Source: Candidatus Multivoradales bacterium (lineage in GTDB: Bacteria; Acidobacteriota; Thermoanaerobaculia; Multivoradales; J023). Taken from it: a DNA stretch of 64,000 nt. Positions 61,883-64,000 of this stretch are shown piece by piece. The position numbers were made by a program, and so were the translations under genes. The stretch's first letter is position 1; each line of letters opens with the position of its first letter. The notes under the pieces were generated by a model. The model saw only the letters and a list, made by a program, of their open reading frames with translations. It was not told where the DNA came from and did not search any database. The stretch lies in NCBI GenBank assembly GCA_965248925.1, contig CBDFLE010000005.1, forward strand, positions 1,408,001 to 1,472,000. Direction: 5' to 3'.

Positions 61883-63817
61883 ATGAACTCGAATATCTGC
61901 CCTGAAGTCCTACCCCGCAGCATCTTGCGGGCCGGCAAAACCCTGCTCGTCACCGGCACGTTGCTGACGCTGGCGTGCTCTTCTTGCGACGCCCCTGACC
62001 AGGAGTCGACCCAGGCGATGAAACCTTCGAGTTCCAGCCGCGATCCCCATTCCTTCGCCCGTCCCGACGAGGTCTCTATCCGCCACCTTAACCTCGACCT
62101 GACGGTCGACTTCGAGCTGCGTCGACTGCACGGCCGAGCTTCGTTGGAGTTCGATCGCCAGGGTGACGCCAACCAACTGCACCTCGACAGCCGGGGCCTG
62201 GAGATCACTGCCATCGAACTCGACGACGGCAGCGCCGCCAAATTCGAACTCGGCAGCGAGCAACCCTGGTTGGGCCAGGAGCTGATCATCGAACTCAAAG
62301 CGGCCACCACCAGTGTGCATATCGACTACGCTTCCAGCCCCGGCGCCGAGGCACTGCTGTGGATGCAGCCCGAACAAACCGCTGGCGGTCGCCATCCCTT
62401 CCTCTTCAGCCAGTCTCAAGCCATCCTGGCACGCACCTGGGTGCCCTGCCAGGACAGCCCCGCGGTGCGCATGACCTACGACGCCACGTTGCGGGTGCCG
62501 GCAGGTCTCCTGGCCTTGATGAGTGCCGAGAACCCGACCGAGAAGAGCGCCGACGGGGTCTACAACTTTCAGATGCGCCAGCCGGTGCCTTCCTACCTGC
62601 TGGCGCTGGCGGTGGGCGACCTGGAATTCCGCTCGATGGGAGCGCGCACCGGGGTCTATGCCGAGGCTGAGCTGATCGACGCCGCGGCCTGGGAGTTCGC
62701 TGAAACCGAGGCGATGATGGAGGCGGTTGAACCGCTCTACGGTCCCTATCGCTGGCAACGCTATGACTTGTTGGTGCTACCCACCAGCTTCCCCTTCGGC
62801 GGCATGGAGAATCCTCGCCTGACCTTCCTCACTCCGACGGTGATCGCCGGCGACCGCTCGCTAGTGTCGTTGGTGGCGCACGAGCTGGCGCACTCCTGGT
62901 CGGGCAATCTGGTGACCAACGCCAATTGGAATGATTTCTGGCTCAACGAAGGCTTCACCGTCTATCTTGAACGGCGCATCATGGAAGAACTCGAAGGTCG
63001 CGAATACTCCGAAATGCTCGCCCTGCTCGGCCAGCAAGATCTCGAACAGACCTTCGCCGAGTTGGGAGCCGGCAGCCCCGACTCGCATTTGCGCCTCGAT
63101 CTGGCGGGCCGCAACGCCGACGACGGCATGACCGACGTCGCCTATGAGAAGGGCTATTTCCTGCTACGCACCCTCGAAGAAGCGGTCGGTCGCTCGCGCT
63201 TTGACGCCTTCTTGCGCGACTATTTCGCCGCCAACGCTTTTCACTCGCTGACCACCGACGGCTTTGTCGAGCAGCTCAACGACCAGCTGCTGCGGGACCC
63301 ACAGCTCGCCGCGCAGCTCGATTTGGCGGCCTGGATCGACGGTCCTGGCCTACCGCCATCCGCCTCGCTGCCCACCTCGGAACGCTTCGCCGCGGTCGAC
63401 ACCCAGCTGGTCGCCTGGAGCGCGGGTACCCTAGCCGACCAACTTCTCACCGCCGGTTGGACCACCCACGAGTGGCTGCACTTCCTGCGCAGCTTGCCGC
63501 AGCAGGCGCATCAGCGCGCCGCCGAGCTCGATCAGGCCTTTGGCTTCACCGCCTCAGGCAACTCTGAGATCCTCTGCGCCTGGCTGCTGCACACCATCGA
63601 CCAGGGCTATGAGCCGGCCTATCCGGCACTGGAGCACTTTCTCACTAGCATCGGCCGGCGAAAGTTCCTGCAACCGCTCTACGAAAGCCTGGCCAAGTCC
63701 GAGTCCGGCATGGAACGGGCCCGCCAGATCTACCAGCTGGCCCGACCGAGCTATCACTCGGTCTCGACCGGCACCATCGACGAGATCCTGGAGTGGAATA
63801 CAGAGGGCACGGACTAG
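61883..63817 (+). CDS. M1 aminopeptidase (leukotriene A4 hydrolase-like)
   Basis: GGMEN, HELAHSW...WLNEG, YEKG, GRRKF; possible lipoprotein signal. Confidence 0.92.
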   Translation: MNSNICPEVLPRSILRAGKTLLVTGTLLTLACSSCDAPDQESTQAMKPSSSSRDPHSFARPDEVSIRHLNLDLTVDFELRRLHGRASLEFDRQGDANQLHLDSRGLEITAIELDDGSAAKFELGSEQPWLGQELIIELKAATTSVHIDYASSPGAEALLWMQPEQTAGGRHPFLFSQSQAILARTWVPCQDSPAVRMTYDATLRVPAGLLALMSAENPTEKSADGVYNFQMRQPVPSYLLALAVGDLEFRSMGARTGVYAEAELIDAAAWEFAETEAMMEAVEPLYGPYRWQRYDLLVLPTSFPFGGMENPRLTFLTPTVIAGDRSLVSLVAHELAHSWSGNLVTNANWNDFWLNEGFTVYLERRIMEELEGREYSEMLALLGQQDLEQTFAELGAGSPDSHLRLDLAGRNADDGMTDVAYEKGYFLLRTLEEAVGRSRFDAFLRDYFAANAFHSLTTDGFVEQLNDQLLRDPQLAAQLDLAAWIDGPGLPPSASLPTSERFAAVDTQLVAWSAGTLADQLLTAGWTTHEWLHFLRSLPQQAHQRAAELDQAFGFTASGNSEILCAWLLHTIDQGYEPAYPALEHFLTSIGRRKFLQPLYESLAKSESGMERARQIYQLARPSYHSVSTGTIDEILEWNTEGTD

Positions 63818-63849
63818 TTCTTTCCGCGCGGGCGTTTTTCGCGCCGGCC

Positions 63850-64000
63850 CTAGTCTTTGAGCACCAAGGCGGCGCCGGTAATCACCAGCAGGACGCCCAG
63901 CACCAAGCGCAAGGTCAGAGGCTCGTCGAGCATCAGCGTACCGATGGCGACGGCGAGCAAGGGCGTCAGGTAGACGATCAGGCTGATCTGCAACAACGAG
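63850..64000 (-). CDS. EamA/DMT transporter, C-terminal end only
   Basis: Hand translation SLLQISLIVYLTPLLAVAIGTLMLDEPLTLRLVLGVLLVITGAALVLKD*. Confidence 0.75.
   Translation of the reverse strand, partial: SLLQISLIVYLTPLLAVAIGTLMLDEPLTLRLVLGVLLVITGAALVLKD

Overview
High-GC bacterial chromosomal segment; gene content and protein style suggest Acidobacteriota, which is an inference. Both flanks are mostly housekeeping. Left (1-30.3 kb): a partial CxxCH lipoprotein gene missing from the ORF track, DUF4332/LysM-BON/DUF937, metH, a cNMP-GGDEF cyclase, PNP, etfAB, the tol-pal-cpoB operon, rpsT, lptE, nusB, ribH, tRNA-Pro, merR/IHF, der, tRNA-Leu, ACP, rex, a BlaI/BlaR1 operon and comM. Right (42.9-64 kb): ECF sigma/Ser-Thr kinase, mscS, ArsR-SRPBCC, arfB, imuAB, RnfD-like/DUF2330, trxA, ribF, rimO and an M1 aminopeptidase. 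The most interesting part is 30.3-42.7 kb. An HUH/Y1 (RAYT-like) transposase overlapping the comM stop codon is followed by same-orientation copies of a palindromic repeat (CTTCATAAGGTGCCTGGCACCTATTTC). These copies separate unrelated gene blocks: an Rhs fragment cut at both ends, a RimK-like ligase operon and a spermidine-synthase-like gene. The arrangement resembles a cassette array. An IS4 element with a 9-bp target duplication sits in the RAYT tail. An internally deleted IS110/IS1111 element has inserted at the central CT of one repeat copy. Its non-coding end carries short segments matching both that repeat and its own circle junction, as expected of a bridge/seekRNA targeting the repeat.
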